Shown here piece by piece: positions 37,798 through 46,462 of a stretch of DNA of 64,000 nt (the first letter of the stretch is position 1; the number at the start of each line of letters is the position of its first letter). Under the pieces are notes generated by a model that made no database searches, was not told where the DNA came from, and saw only the letters and a program-made list of their open reading frames with translations. Source of the stretch: an uncultured Eubacteriales bacterium (GTDB lineage: Bacteria; Acidobacteriota; Aminicenantia; Aminicenantales; Saccharicenantaceae); NCBI GenBank assembly GCA_964551995.1, contig CAZKFD010000011.1, forward strand, positions 173,036 to 237,035, written 5' to 3'. The position numbers and the translations under genes were made by a program.

Positions 37798-38967
37798 TTA
37801 TTCTGAAAAAGTCCCGCGGACGAGGAGCCGGCCGCCGGCCATGAGCTTCCGGCCTCTGGCGAACACGCTCTCGAGGGCCAGATTGCGGTCGAAGAGGATC
37901 AGGTCCGCGTCGCCGCCCTCCACGACCCGTCCCTTGCCGGCGAGCCTGTAGAACTCCGCCGCGTTGGTCGAGAACAGGCGCAGGGCGGTCTCGAGCGGCA
38001 GGAGCTTCTTCCTGACGAGGTCCCGGAATTTCCGGAGCAGGTCTTTTTGGCTCGCGACCGTCAGGCGGACGAGCCGTCCGGCGCCGTCAAAGACAGGCAG
38101 GCTGCCGTTGCTGTCGGAGCTCACCATGACCCGCTCGAGGGGAAGGCCTCTCTCGAGGATCCGGGCGACGCACTCCTCGAGGCCGGCCTCGGGGTCGCCT
38201 GCAGCGGGATCGGGACCGGCCGTGATGTCGATGGACCCACCCGCCGCGAGCCAGGCCAGCCCGTCCTCGAACAGCTCTCGGTTCCTGTTGATGTGGGTCG
38301 GGACGATCTGGGCCGGCGGGATCTCGGTCTCCCGCAGGATCCGGAAGAGCGTCTCGAGCTTCCGCTTTCCGTCGCCGAGATGAACGTGCAGGACGCCCGC
38401 CTTCCCGCCGAGCATCCCTCCGACCCGGCATTCCGCGGCCAGCCGGGCGACCTCGTCGAGTGTCGGTTGCGACGAGCGGTGGTCAGAGAGCGCGATCTCG
38501 CCGGCCCCGATGATCTTGTCGATGAGGGCGAGGTCGCTGCGGACGCTCCCCGTCAGGGTTTTAACGGGGATCTCGTAGGATCCTGAGAAAACATAGGTCG
38601 TGATTCCTTCGACCTCCAGCGCCCGGGCTTTGGCCAGGAGCGAGGACATGTGGCGCGTGACGCCGTCCGTGCCCAGGCACCCGATGAGCGTCGTAACGCC
38701 GCTCGCGATGATATCCTCGACCCGGATCTCGGGGGCTCGTGTGGCCGGCCCTCCCTCGCCCCCGCCCCCCAGGATATGGACGTGCGGATCGACAAGGCCT
38801 GGGAAAACATACGCCCCTTCGGCGTCGAGGACATCGGGTCGGATCCCCTCCAGACGAAGGGACCCAGGCTCTGAGAGGGATTCGACGATGCCGCCCGCGA
38901 TCAGGACGTCTTTTTTCCCCCGGGGCTCCGGGCCGAAGACTTCGCCGTGGCGGATCAGGGTGAGCAT
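37798..38967 (-). CDS. iadA: isoaspartyl dipeptidase / beta-aspartyl peptidase (amidohydrolase superfamily)
   Basis: The 389 aa product has the metal-binding motif HVHILGGGGEGG and overall IadA-like sequence. Confidence 0.8.
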   Translation of the reverse strand: MLTLIRHGEVFGPEPRGKKDVLIAGGIVESLSEPGSLRLEGIRPDVLDAEGAYVFPGLVDPHVHILGGGGEGGPATRAPEIRVEDIIASGVTTLIGCLGTDGVTRHMSSLLAKARALEVEGITTYVFSGSYEIPVKTLTGSVRSDLALIDKIIGAGEIALSDHRSSQPTLDEVARLAAECRVGGMLGGKAGVLHVHLGDGKRKLETLFRILRETEIPPAQIVPTHINRNRELFEDGLAWLAAGGSIDITAGPDPAAGDPEAGLEECVARILERGLPLERVMVSSDSNGSLPVFDGAGRLVRLTVASQKDLLRKFRDLVRKKLLPLETALRLFSTNAAEFYRLAGKGRVVEGGDADLILFDRNLALESVFARGRKLMAGGRLLVRGTFSE

Positions 38968-39134
38968 GCCGTCCTCCTCCAGCTGAGGGGTCTCGGAGGG
39001 GGTGGGAACCCCCCTCTCAGGGAGGAGCGTAGATTAACATGCCTGGCGTGTCGGGGTCAAACCGCACGCGCCGGCACGATAGCCCGGCGGCTTTGAACTT
39101 CAAGGCGGGATTCTGTAAAATAAGGCCGCTCGCC

Positions 39135-39893
39135 ATGGAGACCTACGAGAAGGAGCTGGCGCGGATCGAAAAGGTCGTCCGCTTCCTCTCGCGCCTGCTG
39201 CTTTTCCCCAAAAAGCTCGAAGTCCGCGGTGCCGAGAACTTCGTCAGGGATGGCCCCACCATCATCACCGGCAACCACATCGGAAGTTACAAGGACGTGG
39301 CCGTCCTGTTCCTCGTCAGGCAAAGGATGATCTATTTCGTCGCCAACAAGATGATCTTCGACCGGGCCGATGCGAGCGACCTCGTCCTCAAGCACCTTCA
39401 CCGGCACATGGGCAAGATCGGCGGGTTCGTCCATATTCTCCTGAACCCCTTCTATTCTTTCATGGTCGAGTTCGTCTCCGGCCACATCGCCAAGGTCGGG
39501 ACGATCCCCGTCGACATGTACGGTAGACGCACCGACGCCATTCTCAAATGCCAGGAATATCTTCAGAAGGGCCGGGCCATCATCGCCCTGCAGGGCCGGG
39601 GACGGGTCGACCCCGGCGACCCGAATCCCTACATCAAGAGCTTCCGGAGGGGCGTGGCGATCATGGCGTATAATCTTCACAAGGATCAGGGCCTCTCCGT
39701 TCCAGTGACGCCCCTCTCGATTTTCGGGACTCACGGCCTGTGGGGCGTGCCGGGACGGATCCGTGTCAATGTCGGCGAACCGATGTACGTCAAGGAATAT
39801 TGGGGGGGGACGGAGCACGACGTCGTCGGGAGGTTCCGGGCGGCCCTGCAGCAATCCGTCTCCCGGCTTCTGCTCGAAAGCCTGAAGTGGTGA
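39135..39893 (+). CDS. lysophospholipid/1-acyl-glycerol-3-phosphate acyltransferase (PlsC-like) family protein
   Basis: METYEKELARIEKVV..ITGNHIGSYKD is an HX4-5D acyltransferase motif. The product is 252 aa from the internal ATG. Confidence 0.65.
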   Translation: METYEKELARIEKVVRFLSRLLLFPKKLEVRGAENFVRDGPTIITGNHIGSYKDVAVLFLVRQRMIYFVANKMIFDRADASDLVLKHLHRHMGKIGGFVHILLNPFYSFMVEFVSGHIAKVGTIPVDMYGRRTDAILKCQEYLQKGRAIIALQGRGRVDPGDPNPYIKSFRRGVAIMAYNLHKDQGLSVPVTPLSIFGTHGLWGVPGRIRVNVGEPMYVKEYWGGTEHDVVGRFRAALQQSVSRLLLESLKW

Positions 39894-39922
39894 GCATTCT
39901 CCCTCCTCGAAGGCGGTGAATC

Positions 39923-41605
39923 ATGTTCAAAGGACATCCCAGGGCCCTGTTCGTCATGTTCCTGGCCAACATGGGCGAGCGTTTCGGCTTCTATACGATG
40001 GTCAGCATCTTCGTCCTTTTCCTGCAGGCGAAATACGGCATGACGGCCGGAGCCTCGGGCTTCGTCTACAGCACGTTCATGTTCGGCGTGTACTTTTTCC
40101 CCCTCCTGGGCGGCTTCCTCGCGGACAGAGTTCTGGGCTACGGCCGGACGGTGAGCATCGGCTTCGTGACCATGTTCCTCGGGTATATCCTGCTGGCCCT
40201 GCGCTCGGCCATCGGGTCCGGGTTCGGCCTCGTCATCGCCGCCCTGGCCGTCATCGCCCTGGGAACGGGCCTATTCAAGGGGAACCTTCAGGCCCTTGTC
40301 GGCAACCTCTACGACGAGCCCCGGTACAGCTCGCTCCGCGACCGGGCCTTCAATATCTTCTACATGGGCATCAACATTGGGGCCATGTTCGCCCCGACCG
40401 CCTCCGAGAAGGTCAGCAACTGGATCCTCGGCGCATCGCACTATTCCTACGACGCGCGGATCCCGGCCCTGGCCCACGCGTTCCTCAAGGGGACGGCGGC
40501 CGACGCCAAGGATCTGCTGGCCGTCGCTCGGGCCCAGGATCCCGGCGTGACGCTGGCGACCCTGAAGGCCTTCTCCGAGAACTATCTCAACGCCCTCAGC
40601 AAATCCTATCATTACGGCTTCGGTGTCGCCTGCATCAGCCTGATCGTTTCCATGGCCGTTTTCTGGGCCTTCCGAAAATCCTACCGGCACGCCGACCTCA
40701 GCGAGACGCAGAAGGCCCGGTCGGAGGCCCACAGGGGGCAGATGGCCGAGCTCACGCCGCAGGAGACGAAACAGCGCCTCGCCGCCCTGGGCCTGGTCTT
40801 CTTCGTCGTCATCTTCTTCTGGATGGCCTTCCAGCAGAGCGCGGTGACCATGATGTTCTTCGCGAGGGATTACACGGTGCCGAGCGTCGGCCGGCTCACG
40901 AACCTCTGGTTCGACCTGGCCGGCCTCCTGCCCCTCTTCCTGTCCGTGGCCGGCCTGGTCTTCCTGTTGAAGAAGCGATCCGGGCCGGCGGCGCGCCTCC
41001 TCGGCGGGCTGGGCTTTGTGGTTTTCGGGGGTCTGGCGTATCTGAGGTTTTGCGGCTACCCCGCGGCCAACCCCTTCCAGCCCCAGCGCTTCCAGCACTT
41101 CAATCCCTTCTTCATCGTCGCCCTGACGCCGGTCATCATCTGGCTTTTCGCCTCCCTTCACCGCAGGGGAAAGGAGCCGTCCTCGCCGCGTAAGATCGGC
41201 TTCGGCATGATCCTGACGGCGGTGGCTTTTTCCGTCCTCGCCGTCGGGTCGCTCGGGCTGCCGAGCCCGCGGTCCCTCGGCGGCCTGGTGGCTCCGGCTG
41301 CGAGCCAGGTCTCGGTCTACTGGCTGATCTCGACCTACTTCCTGATTACGATCGCCGAGCTGTTCCTGAGCCCCATCGGCATCTCGTTCGTCTCCAAAGT
41401 CGCCCCGCCCAAGTACAAGGGCCTCATGCAGGGCGGCTGGTTCGCGTCGACGGCCGTCGGCATCCAGCTCGTCGGCGTCGGCGCCTACCTTTGGATGCGG
41501 ATCCCGCTCTGGACGCTCTGGATGATCCTCGTTGTCGCCTGCCTGCTTTCGGCCGGCTTCATGTTCGCCGTCATGAAGCGGCTCGAAAAGGCCGCCGGCG
41601 TTTGA
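39923..41605 (+). CDS. proton-dependent oligopeptide transporter (POT/PTR2, DtpT-like) of the MFS
   Basis: The 560 aa product has the GGFLADRVLGYGRTV PTR2 signature and about 14 TM segments. Confidence 0.85.
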   Translation: MFKGHPRALFVMFLANMGERFGFYTMVSIFVLFLQAKYGMTAGASGFVYSTFMFGVYFFPLLGGFLADRVLGYGRTVSIGFVTMFLGYILLALRSAIGSGFGLVIAALAVIALGTGLFKGNLQALVGNLYDEPRYSSLRDRAFNIFYMGINIGAMFAPTASEKVSNWILGASHYSYDARIPALAHAFLKGTAADAKDLLAVARAQDPGVTLATLKAFSENYLNALSKSYHYGFGVACISLIVSMAVFWAFRKSYRHADLSETQKARSEAHRGQMAELTPQETKQRLAALGLVFFVVIFFWMAFQQSAVTMMFFARDYTVPSVGRLTNLWFDLAGLLPLFLSVAGLVFLLKKRSGPAARLLGGLGFVVFGGLAYLRFCGYPAANPFQPQRFQHFNPFFIVALTPVIIWLFASLHRRGKEPSSPRKIGFGMILTAVAFSVLAVGSLGLPSPRSLGGLVAPAASQVSVYWLISTYFLITIAELFLSPIGISFVSKVAPPKYKGLMQGGWFASTAVGIQLVGVGAYLWMRIPLWTLWMILVVACLLSAGFMFAVMKRLEKAAGV

Positions 41606-42009
41606 CCCGGGCGGGCCGCGGAAACCTTCCGGCCCTGGAATCCGTATAACAGGACGTGAGTTCAAGCCTTGCTCGGGATTATCATCGGCGCGGCAACGAA
41701 GGACATCGCCGTCTGGCTTTCGGTGGGGGTCGGCTGCGTGCTGGCCGTCGAAGCCGGGATAGGCGCCGTGCTGGACAGTCGGAGAAAGTGATCCTGAGAT
41801 AAGCCGCCCCCAGGTCGCCTACGCCTCTGACTACGCTTTTGAAAAGAACGGCATCCGATTCCCCAGCGCCACAAGCACGGTCAAATCGTATCTTGGCGAT
41901 ATTCGCCTGGGGGATCTGACGCTCTCCAAGACGGGTGTCGTCTACAAAGACGGCAGGTTCTTCCAGGCGCAGACAGAAGTCAAGTCCCGATCGCTGGGAC
42001 CGTCAGACC

Positions 42010-43872
42010 TCAGGAGACGATAATGATGGCCTCGCCGGCGACGGCGTCGAACCGGCAGACTTCAAAGCACGAACGGCACTTGATGCACTTGCTTTGGTCA
42101 AGATTGTGAGGCTGGGACCTCGGCCCCGTAATGGCTCCCGTAGGGCACACCTTGACGCACATCCGGCAGCCCGTGCACCGCTCGGGGATGATGCGGAAGG
42201 TGATCAACTCGCGGCAAACGGCCGCCGGGCAGCGTTTGTCCACGACGTGGGCGATGAATTCGGAGCGGAAATACCGCAATGCGGTCAAGACCGGGAGGGG
42301 AGCCGTCTGTCCCAGGCCGCAGAGCGAGCTATTCCTCACGATATTCGCGAGCTTCTCCAGCCGGGTCAAGTCCTCTTCGCTGGCTTTCCCGGAAGCGATC
42401 TTGTCGAGGAGGCCGACCATGTGCCGCGTGCCGACCCGGCAAGCGACGCACTTGCCGCACGATTCGCCCTGGACGAACGACAGGAAGACGCGCGACGTGT
42501 CAACCAGGCAGGTGTCTTCGTCCATAACCAGAATCCCGCTCGAGCCCATGATTGTGCCCGCGGCGCGCAGGGAGTCGAAGTCGAGCGGCGTTTCGATCTT
42601 GCTGCCCGGCAGGAACCCTCCCGACGGCCCGCCCGTTTGAACGGCCTTGAGCGCTTTCTTTCCCGTAATGCCGCCGCCGATCTCATAGATCAGGCTCGAA
42701 AGCGCAGTCCCCATGGGCACTTCCACGATCCCGGAGTTGGCGATCTTCCCCGTCAAAGCGAAGACGGCTGTTCCCCGGCTCGTTTCCACGCCTGTGGAAG
42801 AGAATCCGTCTGCCCCGTCGGCGATGATCGAGGGGACACAGGCCAGAGTCTTGACGTTGTCGATGATGGTCGGTCTCCCCCAAAGCCCCTTTTCTGCGGG
42901 AAACGGTGGCCGGGGCTGGGGCATGCTCCTCGAGCCCTCGAGGGAGCCCAGGAGGGCGGTCTCCTCGCCGGAGACGAACGTCCCGCCGCCTTCGAAAATT
43001 TCGGCGTCGAAATCGAAGCTCGAATCGAGAAGACCTTTCCCGAGATATTTCTTTTCGAGGGCCTGCTCGAGGGCAATGCGGGTCCGCCGCGCGGCCAAGG
43101 AGTATTCTGCGCGGCAGTAAATATATCCCTGGCCAGCGCCCACAGCGTAGCCGAGGAGAGCGAGCCCTTCGATGACCGTGTGGGGGTCCGCTTCGAGCAG
43201 GCTGCGGTCCATGAAGGCGCCGGGGGAGCTCTCGTTGGCGTTGCAGATGACGTACTTCTCGTCCCCCGGCTGCCGGCGACAGACGTCCCACTTGTACCAA
43301 GTGGGGAATCCAGCCCCGCCTCTCCCGCGGAGGCCGGACCGCTTGACCTCATTGACGACTTCCTCCGGCGTCATCGATGAGACGGCCTTCCGCAGAGCCC
43401 GGTAGCCGCCCCGGGCCTCATAGTCCGCGATCCTCTCCGGATTGATCAGGCCGCAGTTGCGGAGGATGATCCTCTTCTGCTTCTTGTAAAAGACGATGTC
43501 CCCGTAGCGCGGGACGATCTCTTTCGTGACCGGGTGGCGATAGAACAGTCGCTCAACGGGCGCTCCTCCGAGGAGATGGGACTCGGCGATATCCTTGGCG
43601 TCCCCGGGCTTAACCCGGCAATAGAAGATCCCCTCAGGCTCGACGACGACGATCGGGCCGATCTGGCAGAATCCGTGACACCCGGTGAAACTGACTTCGA
43701 CCTTGTCCCGGAGGCCCAGCCTTCCGACCTCATCCTCCAGGGCGGCCCTGATCTCGGCTGAACTGGAGGACAGGCAGGCGGTACTCTCACAGACGAGGAC
43801 TTTCGTTTTATCCACGGCGGGCTTCTCCCTCGAAGCGCCTCCTTTCCCGGACTTCGGCCGGGCGGCGCTCAT
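42010..43872 (-). CDS. NuoF/HydB-like NADH-binding flavoprotein subunit (51 kDa) with N-terminal thioredoxin-like 2Fe-2S and C-terminal 2x[4Fe-4S] domains
   Basis: The internal start MSAARPKSG.. follows GGAGGAG and overlaps the NuoE-like stop (ATGA). GRGGAGFPT is the FMN site. The C-terminus has CxxCxxCxxxCP ferredoxin motifs. Confidence 0.85.
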   Translation of the reverse strand: MSAARPKSGKGGASREKPAVDKTKVLVCESTACLSSSSAEIRAALEDEVGRLGLRDKVEVSFTGCHGFCQIGPIVVVEPEGIFYCRVKPGDAKDIAESHLLGGAPVERLFYRHPVTKEIVPRYGDIVFYKKQKRIILRNCGLINPERIADYEARGGYRALRKAVSSMTPEEVVNEVKRSGLRGRGGAGFPTWYKWDVCRRQPGDEKYVICNANESSPGAFMDRSLLEADPHTVIEGLALLGYAVGAGQGYIYCRAEYSLAARRTRIALEQALEKKYLGKGLLDSSFDFDAEIFEGGGTFVSGEETALLGSLEGSRSMPQPRPPFPAEKGLWGRPTIIDNVKTLACVPSIIADGADGFSSTGVETSRGTAVFALTGKIANSGIVEVPMGTALSSLIYEIGGGITGKKALKAVQTGGPSGGFLPGSKIETPLDFDSLRAAGTIMGSSGILVMDEDTCLVDTSRVFLSFVQGESCGKCVACRVGTRHMVGLLDKIASGKASEEDLTRLEKLANIVRNSSLCGLGQTAPLPVLTALRYFRSEFIAHVVDKRCPAAVCRELITFRIIPERCTGCRMCVKVCPTGAITGPRSQPHNLDQSKCIKCRSCFEVCRFDAVAGEAIIIVS

Positions 43873-44339
43873 TGTTTCTCCTCCGAAGGATCGAGAGATT
43901 CGACGAGTTGCATAAACGTCACCCGATTCATCCGCCCATGAATCTCGTTGTTTACGACGACGACGGGGGACATGGCACAGCAGCCCAGGCAACCGATCCC
44001 CTCCAGGCTGAGCATTCCGTTCGGCGAAGTCTGGCCGTGGAGAAGGTTCCTTTCGAGCTTCATGGCTTCCATGAAGTTCTGAGCTCCGCCGACATGACAG
44101 GCGTTGCCTAGGCAGACCTGGATGTGGTATTTCCCGGGAGGTGCAAAACGGAACTGCGGGTAGAACGTGGCTACGCCGTAGATCTCATTCTCGGACATCC
44201 GAAGCTTCCGCGACAGAGATTCGATGGATTCTTGGGAAAGATACCTTTCGGCGTCATGGATCTTCTTGAGAAGAGGAAGCAGGCTCCTCCTCCTTTCGCG
44301 GATGTCCGTCCGGGTGAAATGGGAGGCTGCGCCCGACAT
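43869..44339 (-). CDS. NuoE/HydC-like thioredoxin-like [2Fe-2S] ferredoxin subunit
   Basis: The 156 aa product has Cys ligands in CLGNACHVGGA...CLGCCAMSPV. Confidence 0.85.
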   Translation of the reverse strand: MSGAASHFTRTDIRERRRSLLPLLKKIHDAERYLSQESIESLSRKLRMSENEIYGVATFYPQFRFAPPGKYHIQVCLGNACHVGGAQNFMEAMKLERNLLHGQTSPNGMLSLEGIGCLGCCAMSPVVVVNNEIHGRMNRVTFMQLVESLDPSEEKQ

Positions 44340-44340
44340 G

Positions 44341-45687
44341 TCATCCTCCTCTCGAGGACGATTTTTTCGATTCCGGGGGGACGGGCTCGGGGCGCCCCTT
44401 TCGATAATAGATGTCCCTCAGGCTTTCGATTCGGCCGGGAGAGAGAAACACGCAATCCGCGATCTTGGCTCTCGCATGGGCCACATCGCCCGCATGGCTC
44501 CGGCAGGTCGGCGCCCCGCAGAGCCCGCAGTTCAGCCCCGCGAGGGACCTCAGCAGCTCGGCTGTCCGATTTTTCCTGGCGACCCTCTCGCGCAGGTCAA
44601 CTTCTTTTCCCTCGATGTCTCGTGGTCTTAAGGGGGCCCTCAACGAGAAATCCTCGGAGGCGCGTCGCCGCCCGACCTCCCTGATGAACTGGCGAGACGG
44701 GCGAGGCAGGCTCGAAATCAACTGGAGATTCCGGCTGCGGGCGACGTAGAGGTTCTCGACCGTGAGATTGCCGCCGATGCACCCTCCCTGGCAGGCGTGG
44801 CACTCCAGGAAATCGATGTTGCGGATTTTTCCCTTCTCGATGTCGCCGAAGACCTTGATGATGTCGGAGAGGCCCTGGAGGGGAAGGTAATGCTCTTTGG
44901 AGAGGTTCGGGAATTCGCCTTCCGGTGCGCCCCAGTGGAACCATTCGCTGGAGCCCGTCGCATTCGCCGCGCATTCGTCTTTCTCGGGGTTCCGGCGCAG
45001 GATGGCCAGGAGATCGTTGTAGATCTGGGAAATGCCGACGGCTCCGTCCAGGTAGCTTCCGGCGCCTTCCGCCGGCTCAAGGATCGAGATCGTCTTCGCC
45101 TGGCACGGCGTGATATAGATAGCGGCAATGTCCTCCGGCTTCAGGCCCAGCTTCTGCGAATACCGGCGCTTCACCTCGCGTCCCGCGATCTCCCGCGGCG
45201 ATTCAATGCGGATCAGCTGGTCGACGAGGCTAGGATAAGCGACCTGGACGAGGCGCACGACGACCGGGCACGAGTTGGAGATCAGGGGAAACGGGCCGGG
45301 CCACTTTCTCACGTCATCGCGGATGGCCAAATTGACGAGCTCGAGATCCACCGCATATTCCCAGACGGCATCGAAGCCGAGACCCAAGAGGGCCTGGTTC
45401 ACGCGCCCCGGCCTCTCCATCAACGAGAATTGGGTGTAGAGAGCCGGGGAGGCCACGGCGACTTTGAACTTAAACCTGTCCAACTCCGCGAAGCTGATCG
45501 TAGTCGCCGAGATGGCGCCCGACGGACAGACCCCGAGGCAGGAACCGCAATCGATGCAGAGCTCAGAAATGACTGTCGCCTTGCCCTTTTTCACCCTGAT
45601 GGCCTGCGTCGGGCAGGTACGCATGCAGGCCATCCGGCCCTCGCATTTCTCGGCGTCGATCCGGAAACCGTGTTTCAGCTCATTCAT
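44341..45687 (-). CDS. putative sensory [FeFe]-hydrogenase-like protein (HydS-like; 2x[4Fe-4S] ferredoxin + H-cluster-like domain + C-terminal Cx2Cx4Cx16C)
   Basis: It starts with CEGRMACMRTCP and CIDCGSCLGVCP ferredoxin motifs. H-cluster-like motifs follow: L1 SNSCP (TSCCP with the first Cys replaced by Ser), L2 ITPCQAK and L3 ECHACQGGCIGG. The C-terminus NCGLCGAPTCRSHAGDVAHARAKIADC is an exact Cx2Cx4Cx16C motif. At 448 aa it is too short and too divergent to be a catalytic HydA. Confidence 0.75.
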   Translation of the reverse strand: MNELKHGFRIDAEKCEGRMACMRTCPTQAIRVKKGKATVISELCIDCGSCLGVCPSGAISATTISFAELDRFKFKVAVASPALYTQFSLMERPGRVNQALLGLGFDAVWEYAVDLELVNLAIRDDVRKWPGPFPLISNSCPVVVRLVQVAYPSLVDQLIRIESPREIAGREVKRRYSQKLGLKPEDIAAIYITPCQAKTISILEPAEGAGSYLDGAVGISQIYNDLLAILRRNPEKDECAANATGSSEWFHWGAPEGEFPNLSKEHYLPLQGLSDIIKVFGDIEKGKIRNIDFLECHACQGGCIGGNLTVENLYVARSRNLQLISSLPRPSRQFIREVGRRRASEDFSLRAPLRPRDIEGKEVDLRERVARKNRTAELLRSLAGLNCGLCGAPTCRSHAGDVAHARAKIADCVFLSPGRIESLRDIYYRKGRPEPVPPESKKSSSRGG

Positions 45688-46120
45688 GGGCGTTCAGCCT
45701 GATCCTGGCGATGACAGATGTGCCTTTCCCGACCTCCGTTTCGATCCGCAGCTCGTCGGAATTTTTTTTCATGTTCGGGAGTCCCATCCCGAAACCGAAT
45801 CCGAGTTCCCTCATCTCGTCCGTGGCCGTGGTATACCCTTCTTGGAAGGCCAGCTCGAGGTCCGGGATTCCCGGGCCTTCGTCCCGGACGATCAAGTCCA
45901 CGGCATCCTCCGTGAGAATGAACGTCAGCGTCCCTTTCCAGGCGTACATGACCACATTCATTTCCGCTTCGAAGGCCACGATCACGGCTCGGCGGATATC
46001 CGGCGCGCTGATGCCAAGGTCCAGGAGGACGGACTTGATCTCGCCGGAGATCTCCCCGCCCCGGTCGAAATTCCCTCCCTGGATCTCGTAGGATTCCCGC
46101 ATCAGCTCGGCGGCCATCAA
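45680..46120 (-). CDS. GHKL-type ATPase (anti-sigma factor/Ser-Thr kinase-like, HATPase_c)
   Basis: The 146 aa product has N-box EAEMNVVMYA, G1 DEGPGI and G2 GFGFGMGL. It overlaps the HydS-like start and the DRTGG gene. Confidence 0.75.
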   Translation of the reverse strand: MMAAELMRESYEIQGGNFDRGGEISGEIKSVLLDLGISAPDIRRAVIVAFEAEMNVVMYAWKGTLTFILTEDAVDLIVRDEGPGIPDLELAFQEGYTTATDEMRELGFGFGMGLPNMKKNSDELRIETEVGKGTSVIARIRLNAHE

Positions 46121-46461
46121 GAAACACCTTTGAGCCCCTTGCTCGCGAGAAGGGCGCAGATGTCGAACATAATCATCCGGGTTACGAGGACCGGGATCTT
46201 TTTGTTCCTGGCGTACTCGATCACCCTGTTATCGGGCCTCTTCCCGCGGCAGTAGAGGACGGCGCAGCATCCGGCGAAATCGGCCGTCCGGATGGATTGA
46301 ATGTTGGTCAGCCCGGTGACCATCAGTTCCTTGGATTTGGCGAAGGCCAGGATTTCGCTCATGCCGTCCGACGCCACGACCTGCTGGACATCGATGGAGA
46401 GGCTATCATCCCCAGCGAGGACTTCACATTGGAGAAGGTCTCTGATCTCGCGCAGCTTCAT
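46117..46461 (-). CDS. DRTGG domain protein
   Basis: The 114 aa product reads MKLREIRDLLQCEVLAGDD..ILAFAKSKELMVTGLTN..KIPVLVT, which resembles a DRTGG/CBS-associated domain. Confidence 0.65.
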   Translation of the reverse strand: MKLREIRDLLQCEVLAGDDSLSIDVQQVVASDGMSEILAFAKSKELMVTGLTNIQSIRTADFAGCCAVLYCRGKRPDNRVIEYARNKKIPVLVTRMIMFDICALLASKGLKGVS

Positions 46462-46462
46462 G

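Noticed and set aside
40271-41665. 464-aa minus-strand ORF
   Set aside because: It is antisense to the POT transporter gene.
41640-41680. tRNA-like GTTCAAG T-loop-like motif (gtgagttcaagcc)
   Set aside because: No complementary acceptor, D or anticodon stems could be built around it, so it is not a tRNA.
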